A stretch of DNA of 64,000 nucleotides from an uncultured Bacteriovoracaceae bacterium (GCA_938017795.1 CALIJZ010000029.1:23109-87108); one strand, 5' to 3'. Positions 18,987-27,723 are shown, counted from the stretch's first letter. Numbers and translations: made by a program. The notes: generated by a model not told the origin, from the sequence alone.

Positions 18987-20126
18987 TTATTGAGCAGTGA
19001 TTAAATCATTGATTTTATTTGCTAATATTTTGTAACCTTTATCTGTGAAGTGACAATCATCAGCAAAAATCGTTTTCATTTCATCTACTTCTAAGTCTTG
19101 GAAAACAGTAGTCCAATTTGTAATGTATGCACGATCATCATTACTTACCTGCTTCATCACCTGATCATAGAAATGTGCATACTCGTTCTCAGCAACTGAT
19201 TGTTTTGAAAGAAGCTGAGGGTGCACATCGTAATGGGGCTGTAATATAGATTTAAATTCTACATTATAGGATTTACTCAACTTATGCATAAGCTCAATAT
19301 TATATTGAATTTGAGATCCTAGAGTCTTTGCTGATTTTTTTAAATCAAAACTTTTATATTCATTAAACTCAATTGGCTTTCCAATTGAAGACTTGAAGTT
19401 GATATCCTCATAAGTAGTTTTGAAAAGTCGTTTTCTAATTTGAAATAACAATAAACTTCCAAGTGGGGTAGAGTTATAGAAATAATTCTTAACTGCTTTA
19501 TTTCTAAAACTTTGAGAGCGAATATTTTCAACCCAATCATAAAGTTCTTCAAAAGACTCAGGAGAATCTAGAGGGATCGGCAGATTTCGTCTTCTATAGC
19601 TATTAGTTACGTCGTTATATCCAGTAAGGCTAATGACTAAACTTGGTTGATACTTCATTATTTCTTTAGAAAGCCTTAAGAATTCTTGATAGGAGTTCCA
19701 TGAAGGAACTCCTGCTCCAACAAAGAAGTACTTATTCTGAATTTGATTTAAGATATGAGGAATTGTTTTGGTATACTCACTTGCCTTCCAGCCAAAAGCA
19801 GTTGAGCCTCCAATTAGAAAAGCAAGCTCTCTATCACCTTTTTTCTCAGGTCCTAATCCACCTCCGAACCCTCTTTTATCAAACCAGGGTAGAGTATGAT
19901 CCCAACTCTTAATTTCTTCTAATTGTTCTTTGTTATCTGTGAAGAAGAAATAAAAATATGGATGTAAGAATTGATCTCCTAAGTAAACAGAAGGAGCTTC
20001 ATTTTTAGGCTGACTTTCTTGAAAGTGCTTGAGGTAGAAGCCAATATCAATTGCAAAAAGGATTAAGTAAGTAATACTTAGTACAATAAAAGCAGATGCT
20101 GCTAATGTAGCTATTTTTTTCTTCAG
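18987..20126 (-). CDS. Membrane-anchored SGNH-family protein, probable non-ATG/GTG/TTG start
   Basis: The frame stays open about 155 codons upstream of the track Met (19658), back to a TAA at about 20145. The extension encodes a TM helix (IATLAASAFIVLSITYLILFAI) and block I FLIGGSTAFGW. Block V is ADDCHFTDKGYKILANKI. GGAGG at 20131-20135 is followed by in-frame ATT and CTG codons. Confidence 0.55.
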   Translation of the reverse strand: MKKKIATLAASAFIVLSITYLILFAIDIGFYLKHFQESQPKNEAPSVYLGDQFLHPYFYFFFTDNKEQLEEIKSWDHTLPWFDKRGFGGGLGPEKKGDRELAFLIGGSTAFGWKASEYTKTIPHILNQIQNKYFFVGAGVPSWNSYQEFLRLSKEIMKYQPSLVISLTGYNDVTNSYRRRNLPIPLDSPESFEELYDWVENIRSQSFRNKAVKNYFYNSTPLGSLLLFQIRKRLFKTTYEDINFKSSIGKPIEFNEYKSFDLKKSAKTLGSQIQYNIELMHKLSKSYNVEFKSILQPHYDVHPQLLSKQSVAENEYAHFYDQVMKQVSNDDRAYITNWTTVFQDLEVDEMKTIFADDCHFTDKGYKILANKINDLITAQ

Positions 20127-20273
20127 AATACCTCCATTTATACTATAGAGTTAGATATAACGAAGTAATTGTAAACAATAAGCAGGAGCGCTGCGTTGCC
20201 GATTTTTTTATGCTTTTATTCTTCTTAGACTTTTTATTGAATATCCAGAGATTACACTGTAGTTGTGATTTAT

Positions 20274-21137
20274 ATGAACAATATATTATTAATTTTTCTT
20301 CTATCAACACTCAGCTTTTCTAAAAGTATTAATTTTGATTTAAACCAGGCTTTAAAAAGGTCTCAGCACTTAAGTCTTGAAAGCAAAATTGAATTTTTTA
20401 GTAACTTGTTTCTTGGAAAAAAATATCATGATGGACCTCTAGGTGAAGGAGAGCATGCTGAATTTGATGCTGATCCTCTTTTTCGCTTTGATTTATTTGA
20501 TTGTACTACCTTCATTGAAACTGTTTTAAGCCTGAGCATTTCTAGTAATCCAATGGAGTTTCACTCTAACTTAGAAGATATTCGCTATAACGGTGAAATT
20601 AGTTTTGTTAACAGAAACCACTTTATTAGCTTAGATTGGATTAAAGATAATGAAGGCCTTATAGAAGATATAACAACTCAACTTAGCCAAGTCACTTTAG
20701 AAGCTAGCTCTATTATTCAAAAAACTAAATGGTATGAAAAAATGAATTTAGATAGGATCCAAGGCTTTGATATCACTGAAGAAGAAAAGTTAAAAAAATT
20801 GGAAAAACTAAAAAAGTTAGCTCCCCATGTTGTGGATCAACAAGTAACTCTACCTTATATTCCTATCTCTGAAGCTATAAAAAACAATGTATTAAATAAC
20901 ATCCCTTCTGGAAGTATTATTAATATTGTTAGGCCTAATTGGAACCTTGCGTCTTATATTGGGACTAATCTCAATATATCACACCAAGGTCTTGCAATTA
21001 AAATTAATAAAGAAGTTTATTTTAGACATGCTTCTAGTAAAGTTGGAGAGGTTTCAGATATTCTTTTAAAAGATTACCTGAAACCTTACCTTGATCATAA
21101 AACGATTAAGGGAATAAATGTCTTAAAACTTTATTGA
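20274..21137 (+). CDS. Secreted DUF1460-like (N-acetylmuramoyl-L-alanine amidase-like) protein
   Basis: Signal peptide MNNILLIFLLSTLSFS from ATG 20274. The stretch DPLFRFDLFDCTTFIETVLSLS resembles the DUF1460 core as I remember it. Confidence 0.35.
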   Translation: MNNILLIFLLSTLSFSKSINFDLNQALKRSQHLSLESKIEFFSNLFLGKKYHDGPLGEGEHAEFDADPLFRFDLFDCTTFIETVLSLSISSNPMEFHSNLEDIRYNGEISFVNRNHFISLDWIKDNEGLIEDITTQLSQVTLEASSIIQKTKWYEKMNLDRIQGFDITEEEKLKKLEKLKKLAPHVVDQQVTLPYIPISEAIKNNVLNNIPSGSIINIVRPNWNLASYIGTNLNISHQGLAIKINKEVYFRHASSKVGEVSDILLKDYLKPYLDHKTIKGINVLKLY

Positions 21138-21719
21138 ACCACCTAGGCTTAAATTACTAACCGTATTTTTCAAGTTTATATTTGCTTCAAGATAGGCCTG
21201 GATGTTTTTAAACTTTGAGTTTGGGATCTTTCCATTTAGGCCAATTGCTAATGAGCTAGCAAGGTTTACTTCATCACTATCTTCAAAGATTGAAATCTTT
21301 GTAGGCAGAGCTAAGAATGGGTATAAATGTACAGAATTAAAGTTTAGCCCTTTTGATACAGTTGGAGACATACCAAAGTTATTAAAATCAGCTCCGTTCC
21401 AATTGTCTCTTTCATAAAATGCCCTTAATGAGAATCTTGGTTGATTATTATAATCAGGAAGAACTTCATAAGTCGCTCCAGCTACAAATCCCAAATAGTC
21501 TCCTTTGCTTATTCTTAATCCAGCATCAAAGCCAATTTTCTTTGTTGCACTATGGAGGTATTGAACTTGCATGCCTGGATTAGTAGATCCTCGCAATTGC
21601 TGATTATACTCAAGCGAGAACATATTTTTATATTCATGCAATGGTATTGAAGAAACACCTACATTTGAGGCTAGCAAAGATGAACTAAAGAGAGATAAAA
21701 GAGTTATTAGCTTTAACAT
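21123..21719 (-). CDS. Small outer-membrane beta-barrel protein
   Basis: Signal peptide, alternating hydrophobic pattern, aromatic-rich strands and a C-terminal ...GGSIKF ending in Phe. Confidence 0.5.
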   Translation of the reverse strand: MLKLITLLSLFSSSLLASNVGVSSIPLHEYKNMFSLEYNQQLRGSTNPGMQVQYLHSATKKIGFDAGLRISKGDYLGFVAGATYEVLPDYNNQPRFSLRAFYERDNWNGADFNNFGMSPTVSKGLNFNSVHLYPFLALPTKISIFEDSDEVNLASSLAIGLNGKIPNSKFKNIQAYLEANINLKNTVSNLSLGGSIKF

Positions 21720-21844
21720 TTGAAATCCTTTTTTATTTAATAGTAGCGCTAAAGTTCTAACTCAAAATGTGCGGAGTGTTATAATCTCTATATTGACTTA
21801 TTTTAGTAAGGAAATTAACTTCATAATTACCGATTTTCATCTAT

Positions 21845-21921
21845 GGTGGGTGTAGTTCAGTTGGTAGAGCAGCGGATTGTGATTCCGTTTGTCGTGGGTT
21901 CGAGCCCCATCATCCACCCCA
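21845..21921 (+). tRNA. tRNA-His (GUG anticodon) with extra 5' G(-1) and encoded CCA
   Basis: Cloverleaf read by eye. G-1 plus acceptor GTGGGTG pairs with CATCCAC plus C73. D arm is TAGTTCAGTTGGTAGA. Anticodon loop is TTGTGAT. T arm is GTGGGTTCGAGCCCCAT, followed by CCA. Confidence 0.93.
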
Positions 21922-22020
21922 TTTCAAAATTTTTATGCTTTTTAAGAATATATTCTTTTCATTGTTAAATAATATAAATATCATTTTATCTAATTAAAAT
22001 ATTCATCGAAAGGAATTTAC

Positions 22021-22407
22021 ATGAAGTACTTATTAATCATTTCGTTTTTTTTAGCTTCTTGTGCATCTCAGCCAGTGCAAAAATCAAATCTAACATTTGC
22101 TAATGTAAAAAACGGTATTAAGAAAGGTCACACAACTCAATCTGAAGTTATTCAATTATTAGGATCTCCGAATATAACTTCTAAGAACCGTTCAGGCGAT
22201 GAGGTTTGGTCATATTCAAAACAATCTACAAGAACTGACACTGGAAATGTTGCTGGAGCAGGTGCTGGTCTTGGTGGTGGTTTTGCAGGAATTTTTGCAG
22301 GAAGCCGAGGTTATAATCAATCCAGTGCTAATACATTTGATTTAATTATTACATTTGATAAAAACGATATCGTATCTGATTATTCAGTTGTGTCTTCACA
22401 ATTTTAA
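22021..22407 (+). CDS. Lipoprotein with BamE/SmpA-OmlA-like domain and Gly-rich insert
   Basis: Lipobox FLASC. GHTTQSEVIQLLGSPN resembles the SmpA_OmlA core. Contains a GAGAGLGGGFAGIFAG stretch. Confidence 0.45.
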   Translation: MKYLLIISFFLASCASQPVQKSNLTFANVKNGIKKGHTTQSEVIQLLGSPNITSKNRSGDEVWSYSKQSTRTDTGNVAGAGAGLGGGFAGIFAGSRGYNQSSANTFDLIITFDKNDIVSDYSVVSSQF

Positions 22408-22435
22408 TAAATATTTATTATAACAAAGGAAAAAA

Positions 22436-22924
22436 ATGAGAAACTTTTTAAGCGTAATTTTATTAATTGTTCTTGCTGGTTGTTCAACGGTACCACCAAT
22501 GACTAAACAACAAAAAAGAGCCATTCAGATGAAGAACTTTGAAACTTCATATGACAATGTTTTTAAGGCATTTAAAACAGTACTTCAAGATGATGGTTAT
22601 ATTATTAAGAACCAAGACTTTGAAGGTGGAATGTTACTTGCTCAAAAAGAAAGAGATATCAATGAAGGCAAGTCTGGATTTGGAAAATTTATGAGCGTGA
22701 TGGCAAGATCAAAAAATGATCCTACAGGAAAAGGTTTCGATTTATCTGTAAGCTTTGATAAAATCAATGACAAAACAACTGAAACTCGATTGATTCTTCA
22801 AGAAATGACTAAATGGTCTAGTGGTGGAAGTAAAGGTAGAGAAGTTGTAGATGCTCCACTTTATAAAGCTATTTATGATGATGTTGCTATTGAAGTTAAG
22901 AGAAGAGAAGCTCGAGGCTTATAA
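22436..22924 (+). CDS. Lipoprotein of unknown function
   Basis: Lipobox LAGCS and AAGGA upstream of the ATG. No recognisable domain. Confidence 0.5.
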   Translation: MRNFLSVILLIVLAGCSTVPPMTKQQKRAIQMKNFETSYDNVFKAFKTVLQDDGYIIKNQDFEGGMLLAQKERDINEGKSGFGKFMSVMARSKNDPTGKGFDLSVSFDKINDKTTETRLILQEMTKWSSGGSKGREVVDAPLYKAIYDDVAIEVKRREARGL

Positions 22925-22940
22925 TTAATTCATAATAGGA

Positions 22941-22971
22941 GAGTGGATTTAAAGATCCACTCTTTTTTTTT
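22941..22971 (+). terminator. Rho-independent terminator after the lipoprotein pair
   Basis: Stem GAGTGGAT / ATCCACTC with a 6-nt loop, followed by a run of 9 T. Confidence 0.75.
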
Positions 22972-22985
22972 AACTTTTCTATATT

Positions 22986-24452
22986 TTAAATTGAATCAAT
23001 ATCTAAAGTTCCATCTTCTAGTCTATTAACTTTTTCAATCATTCTATCAAATACTTGAAGTGCACCTAGCCTATCAGAGTATTCTTTATATCTAGGAGAC
23101 ATATATTTTCTATTTAAGACAATATCCTTTGATCTGGGAACTTTTCTAACATAGGAATCAAATCTACCATTACTTGGATGCATTCCTTTAATTAAAAATT
23201 TTGTCCTAGGATTTGAAGCAAGTGATGCTCTTTCGCGAGCATAAGCTTTAGAGTAACCATCAGTGAAAAATAAAACATAATCAAAGTCCATATTCTTTGA
23301 CCTTGTTTTATTATAAAGTGGGTGAATTGCTTCACCAGAGCCTTTGCCTTTTACCGAACCAGGAAATGAGTCAATACCATTTTTTAAATCAGCGAAGTGA
23401 TTATATTGATATATATAGTTTGTGTAATTCTCAATATTTAGCAACCGTGATAAGAAACCATATCTTTTGCCTTCAACATAACCAAGACTGATCTCTGATC
23501 CTTCAGGAAGAACCTCAGCAATAGCTTTCATATGTACGAGAGCATAATTCTCATAAGATAAACGTTGCCCTGTATCGTCTAGCTCAACATTTTTCTGAGA
23601 GTAGCTACAAGTATTAAGGGCAATTAATATTTTTTGTGGAGATTTATTATCAAGAACTTCTCTAGGTAGAAACATTGAGTTTGCAATTTCTCCAATCCCA
23701 TCTTTTACAAGGCTTCTTTTTTCTTCGAGTGTTTCTTTGAATTGACCCATTATTTTTCTTTTCCACTTCTTAACGCTAATCCAATCATTTGGTCTACTCA
23801 TTAAAAAATCATTGATGTTAATTCCACCATTGTAGAAAAGATTTTTTCTGCTTTTATATATATCATGCCATTTTTCTCCTATAGAGTCGGAAAAATCAAC
23901 AATATTGAGAAGATTAAATAAATTCGAAGGCTGCCTTCTAGTTAGATAAAGAGTAGTTTTCTCGTTTTCATGACAGTCTTTTTTTTGAGATTTATAACAA
24001 AATGGAACCAAACGATTTTTTGGTATGATTTTCCCAAATTTTAGTCTTGCAACTTCTTTAGTTATTTGAATTCTTTGCTCTTGATTAAGTCCTTGATAAT
24101 AAGTAACAAAATTTTTGACATCAGTATTACTAGACTTACCAATATGAGAAATATATTGCATCAATAGATTGGAATCTAAGAACTCTTGCATTGATGTGGC
24201 AAACATTCTTTCACTTTCCATACTTTGTGCTTGGAATTGATCTTGGTACTCTTCTTGAATTTCTTGATAGGCAGAAGGCTCAGATTCTTCAGCGAGGCCA
24301 TGATCGTCTTCTCCCGCATTTTCAGAAGCTAGACCCTCTTGGATTGGATCAACTTCTTCTGGCATTTCTTGAGCGACAGATCTTAATTGTTTTGAATGTG
24401 AACAGCTCAAAATAACTAGCAATGAAGTAAGAAAGACAATGTTGGTTTTCAA
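22986..24452 (-). CDS. Lipoprotein with acidic N-terminal region and possible vWA-like domain
   Basis: Lipobox VILSC. Acidic low-complexity region of about 60 aa. Possible MIDAS-like DFSDS and a later VLFFTDG motif, though the spacing is longer than in a typical vWA domain. Confidence 0.3.
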   Translation of the reverse strand: MKTNIVFLTSLLVILSCSHSKQLRSVAQEMPEEVDPIQEGLASENAGEDDHGLAEESEPSAYQEIQEEYQDQFQAQSMESERMFATSMQEFLDSNLLMQYISHIGKSSNTDVKNFVTYYQGLNQEQRIQITKEVARLKFGKIIPKNRLVPFCYKSQKKDCHENEKTTLYLTRRQPSNLFNLLNIVDFSDSIGEKWHDIYKSRKNLFYNGGININDFLMSRPNDWISVKKWKRKIMGQFKETLEEKRSLVKDGIGEIANSMFLPREVLDNKSPQKILIALNTCSYSQKNVELDDTGQRLSYENYALVHMKAIAEVLPEGSEISLGYVEGKRYGFLSRLLNIENYTNYIYQYNHFADLKNGIDSFPGSVKGKGSGEAIHPLYNKTRSKNMDFDYVLFFTDGYSKAYARERASLASNPRTKFLIKGMHPSNGRFDSYVRKVPRSKDIVLNRKYMSPRYKEYSDRLGALQVFDRMIEKVNRLEDGTLDIDSI

Positions 24453-24578
24453 GGTAACTCCTTAGAGATGAAATGATTTCAAATCGATAAGTTATTGATA
24501 AATACTATAGTTTATAAGTGCACTTTATATGGCTTTGTATTAGTCATAAGCAATAACAATCAATATCATATATTATAT

Positions 24579-25565
24579 ATGAACCTTCAAAATTTAAATT
24601 TTATAGATTTATTTTCTGGTATTGGAGGCTTTCACTTAGCTTTGAGATCTTTTAAGGCAAAGTGTGTCTTTTCTTGTGAGTGGGATAAGCACGCTCAAAA
24701 AACATATTTTAATAACTTTGGAATCAAACCTGCTGGAGATATTACAAAAATTTCTGAAAAAACGATTCCAGCACATAATATTTTATGTGCTGGATTTCCT
24801 TGCCAGGCGTTTAGTATCTCTGGAAAGCAAAAAGGGTTTGAAGATACAAGGGGAACCTTGTTTTTTGAAGTTGCAAGAATTCTGAACTATCACCAACCCA
24901 AAATCGTAATATTAGAAAATGTTAAAAACTTCATTAGGCATGATAGTGGAAAAACTTTGGATGTTGTGATGAATACTTTAAAGAAGCTTAACTATAATAC
25001 ATCTTACAAGGTCTTAAAATCAAGCTACTTTGGAGTTCCTCAGGCGAGAGAGCGAATTTATATAGTTGGTCTTCATAAATCATTAGGGCTTTTGAATTTT
25101 CAATTCCCAATAAAAAACTCCAGTCAAACTAAAGTAATAAAAAATATTTTAGAAAAAAATGTTTCAGAAAAATATTTTATCGATAGGAAAGACATGAGCT
25201 TCTATAAAGATGAATTTGAAATAAAAAACAAATTCTCACCTCATCAAATTGGTAAAATTAATAGAGGGGGGCAAGGTGAAAGAATTTATTCTATACACTC
25301 ATCTGGCATCACCTTGAGTGCTAATGGGGGAGGAGCAGCAGCAAAAACAGGAGCTTACCTTATTAATAAAAAAGTAAGAAAACTAACTCCTAAAGAATGT
25401 CTTAAATTACAAGGTTTTCCTACCGGGTTTAAATTGCCAACAAGTAATAATTTAGCATACAAGCAGTTGGGTAACTCTGTCTCTGTACCTGTCATTAGAT
25501 CAATCATGAAAAATATTATTAGTAGTATTGAAGTTTCCCAAAGAAAACCTGGTCTAAGGATATGA
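24579..25565 (+). CDS. DNA (cytosine-5)-methyltransferase, M.HhaI-like
   Basis: Motif I is FIDLFSGIGGF, IV is GFPCQAFSISGK, VI is ENVKNF, VIII is QARERIYIVG and X is GNSVSVPV. The TRD stretch GGQGERIYS...ITLSANGGGAAAKTGAYL matches my memory of M.HhaI. Start set at ATG 24579 (MNLQNLNF) rather than the TTG at 24495. Confidence 0.93.
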   Translation: MNLQNLNFIDLFSGIGGFHLALRSFKAKCVFSCEWDKHAQKTYFNNFGIKPAGDITKISEKTIPAHNILCAGFPCQAFSISGKQKGFEDTRGTLFFEVARILNYHQPKIVILENVKNFIRHDSGKTLDVVMNTLKKLNYNTSYKVLKSSYFGVPQARERIYIVGLHKSLGLLNFQFPIKNSSQTKVIKNILEKNVSEKYFIDRKDMSFYKDEFEIKNKFSPHQIGKINRGGQGERIYSIHSSGITLSANGGGAAAKTGAYLINKKVRKLTPKECLKLQGFPTGFKLPTSNNLAYKQLGNSVSVPVIRSIMKNIISSIEVSQRKPGLRI

Positions 25566-26773
25566 GTTCTCAAAAAGTTTCAATTGTTGGAGCGGGGCCT
25601 TCAGGGCTATTTTGTGCTTATTTACTTTTAAAAAATGGTTTTAAAGTTGATCTTTATGATTCTAATCCCGGGATAGGGAGGAAGTTCTTGATTGCAGGAA
25701 AGGGAGGCTTAAACATTACTAAAAGTGAAGAGCAAATGAGTTTTTCTAAGAAATATGGAAAAGATCAATTATATTTTCATTCTCTTTTGAAAGATTTTGG
25801 ACCAGAAGAGTTAGTGCAGTGGTGTAATGAAATTGGAATAGAGACATTTGTAGGTAGTACCAAAAGAGTATTTCCTGAAAAATTCAATGCTGGAGATTTT
25901 TTAAATAAATGGAAAGATAAATTAAATAGTTTTGAAGGTTACTCTTTTTATGCAAACTATATATTAACAGACGTGACAAAAGAAAAAACCTTAACTTTTG
26001 ATTTTAAAGAGACAAAAAAAAAGATTCATTCAGATATTATTATATTGGCAATGGGTGGAGCGAGTTGGAAAAAGACTGGCTCCAACGGGCTATGGGTGGC
26101 AATGTTAGATTCTTTAGGAGTTAAAATTTCTTCTTTCTTGCCAATGAATTGTGGTTTTGAAGTTCAATGGTCTGATGTTTTTTTAAAAAAAGTTGAAGGT
26201 AAACCTTTAAAGAATATTTCAATTAAATTTAAAGAAGAATCTATTAAGGGTGAGTTAATGATCACATCTTATGGTTTAGAAGGAGGAGCTATTTATGCGA
26301 TTTCGAATAAAATCAGAGATGAGATTTTAAAATATAATCGCTGTGAAGTGCTTATTGATCTTATCCCTAAGCTGACTAAAGAAGAAATTCTCAATTCACT
26401 TAAAAGTATGAGAACAAAGGATTCATTAAAAAACACTCTACGCAAGAAACTAAAACTTTCTGAAGAGAGTTATCAATTATTGCTTGAGAAATCTGACAGG
26501 TTAGATATAAACAACGCTGAGTACTTAGTTGAGAAAATTAAAAATACAAAAGTTGAACTAAAAAGTATACGACCTATCGATGAAGCTATTTCTACAGGAG
26601 GAGGTGTTTGTTTTTCAAACTTAACTGATTCTTTAGAGTTTAAGGAAATACCTAATCTATATTGTGCTGGCGAGATGTTAGATTTTGAAGCAATGACTGG
26701 AGGTTACTTACTACAAGGCTGCTTTAGTACAAGCTATAGAGTCGTTAAATCAATAATAGCATCCTTTGAGTAA
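25562..26773 (+). CDS. NAD(P)/FAD-dependent oxidoreductase, HI0933/YhiN (BaiN-like) family
   Basis: VSIVGAGPSGLFCAY dinucleotide motif, about 400 aa, C-terminal GEMLDFEAMTGGYLLQ typical of the family. Its ATG overlaps the methyltransferase stop (ATGA). Confidence 0.7.
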   Translation: MSSQKVSIVGAGPSGLFCAYLLLKNGFKVDLYDSNPGIGRKFLIAGKGGLNITKSEEQMSFSKKYGKDQLYFHSLLKDFGPEELVQWCNEIGIETFVGSTKRVFPEKFNAGDFLNKWKDKLNSFEGYSFYANYILTDVTKEKTLTFDFKETKKKIHSDIIILAMGGASWKKTGSNGLWVAMLDSLGVKISSFLPMNCGFEVQWSDVFLKKVEGKPLKNISIKFKEESIKGELMITSYGLEGGAIYAISNKIRDEILKYNRCEVLIDLIPKLTKEEILNSLKSMRTKDSLKNTLRKKLKLSEESYQLLLEKSDRLDINNAEYLVEKIKNTKVELKSIRPIDEAISTGGGVCFSNLTDSLEFKEIPNLYCAGEMLDFEAMTGGYLLQGCFSTSYRVVKSIIASFE

Positions 26774-26782
26774 TGAGGAGAT

Positions 26783-26815
26783 AAAAAAAGTGGTCCTCAG
26801 GGGAGTGAGGACCAC
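26783..26815. terminator. Perfect 10-bp hairpin, likely bidirectional terminator (U-run on the minus strand)
   Basis: GTGGTCCTCA-GGGGAG-TGAGGACCAC, preceded by A7 on the plus strand, which is T7 after the hairpin on the minus strand. Lies 17 nt after the flavoprotein stop. Confidence 0.6.
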
Positions 26816-27108
26816 AATCTTATACTTAAGACGATTTTTCAACCGTGCTTAAATAATCATTGCAATTCTTTTTTATCGCTATCAATTATGAATCTATAAT
26901 TTATAGCTTCATTAAAATCTATCTAAAATTTCAGAGTCTTAAAATCGAATAACTCTAACAGTAAGAGATCTTTAGAGTGTCACTTTGACTTACTAGATAC
27001 CATTTTTTCACCTTTAAATTCAATGATTGATATTATTGATTCTTAAATCTTACAGTCACAATAGGAGTGGAGTCATTAAGGAGTGTCGATTCAACTCCAG
27101 AGATTTAT

Positions 27109-27723
27109 TTATTTTGATGTCTTGAGAGCTTTTTGTAGGTTTGAATGAATTATTTTTATAAGAAATAACCAAAAAATAGCTAAAATTGCGTAGGTACAAT
27201 ATTTAATAAAGTCATTATTAGGATCGATGAAGTTTTCGCTAAGGGTAAAAAGAGAAATCAAGCTCAATAAATATAGAGGTAAAATATAAATATAGTGTTT
27301 AAAGAATGCAATAGGTTGAATTTTAAATGAAGAAAGAAATAAAACAATTAATCCCCTCAGAACAGGTGTAAACCTTACTAGTAATGTAATGAAATATGGT
27401 TTTTCATTAAATTCTTTTGAAATCAGTTCTTGATATGATCTTGGGAATTTTTTCAAAATAAATTGTGATTTTAAAATCTTGTGTCCAAACTTAAATCCAA
27501 TTGAAAATAAAATTGTTTCTGCAAAGGCAATACTTAAAACAAAGATAAAAAATATTTGAATTATATTTAATGCAAGGCTTTCTCTGCTCAAAAGTAGAAG
27601 AATGAGAAATACATCATTATGTCCAGGGAAAATGGTCAAAGCTGTGGAGAAAACAACAGCACTGATTAGTAGTACTTTATAAATTGGAGCTAGTTCAATT
27701 AAGTATGAAATTATTTCTTCCAT
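27109..27723 (-). CDS. DedA/VTT-family membrane protein
   Basis: Multi-TM, 204 aa, with FAETILFSIGFKFGHKIL and LLVRFTPVLRGL motifs typical of DedA. Confidence 0.6.
   Translation of the reverse strand: MEEIISYLIELAPIYKVLLISAVVFSTALTIFPGHNDVFLILLLLSRESLALNIIQIFFIFVLSIAFAETILFSIGFKFGHKILKSQFILKKFPRSYQELISKEFNEKPYFITLLVRFTPVLRGLIVLFLSSFKIQPIAFFKHYIYILPLYLLSLISLFTLSENFIDPNNDFIKYCTYAILAIFWLFLIKIIHSNLQKALKTSK

Noticed and set aside
21944-21957. The perfect palindrome AAGAATATATTCTT downstream of tRNA-His, as an operator or terminator.
   Set aside because: It is AT-only with essentially no loop, so it would form a weak hairpin. Such palindromes are expected by chance at this base composition.
24495-24578. 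N-terminal extensions in the ORF track. These are 24495 for the methyltransferase, 37019 for prkA, 36826 for the FGE-like gene, 48496 for the MACPF-like gene, 40802 for nadA, 29751 for the 654-aa gene, 1004 for the membrane protein and 20265 for the DUF1460-like gene.
   Set aside because: The longest-ORF starts are mostly TTG or GTG, or they lie inside the Shine-Dalgarno sequence or the divergent neighbour. Internal ATGs give canonical N-termini or signal peptides with better SD spacing.
21845-26773. Possible genomic island integrated at tRNA-His, with lipoproteins and an orphan methyltransferase downstream.
   Set aside because: There is no integrase, transposase or excisionase gene. I found no direct repeat of the tRNA 3' end by eye, and composition looks like the rest of the window.
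24453-26773. A complete restriction-modification system around the C5 methyltransferase.
   Set aside because: The neighbours are a secreted lipoprotein and a BaiN-type flavoprotein. Nothing nearby resembles an endonuclease (no PD-(D/E)xK or HNH motifs noticed) or Vsr.
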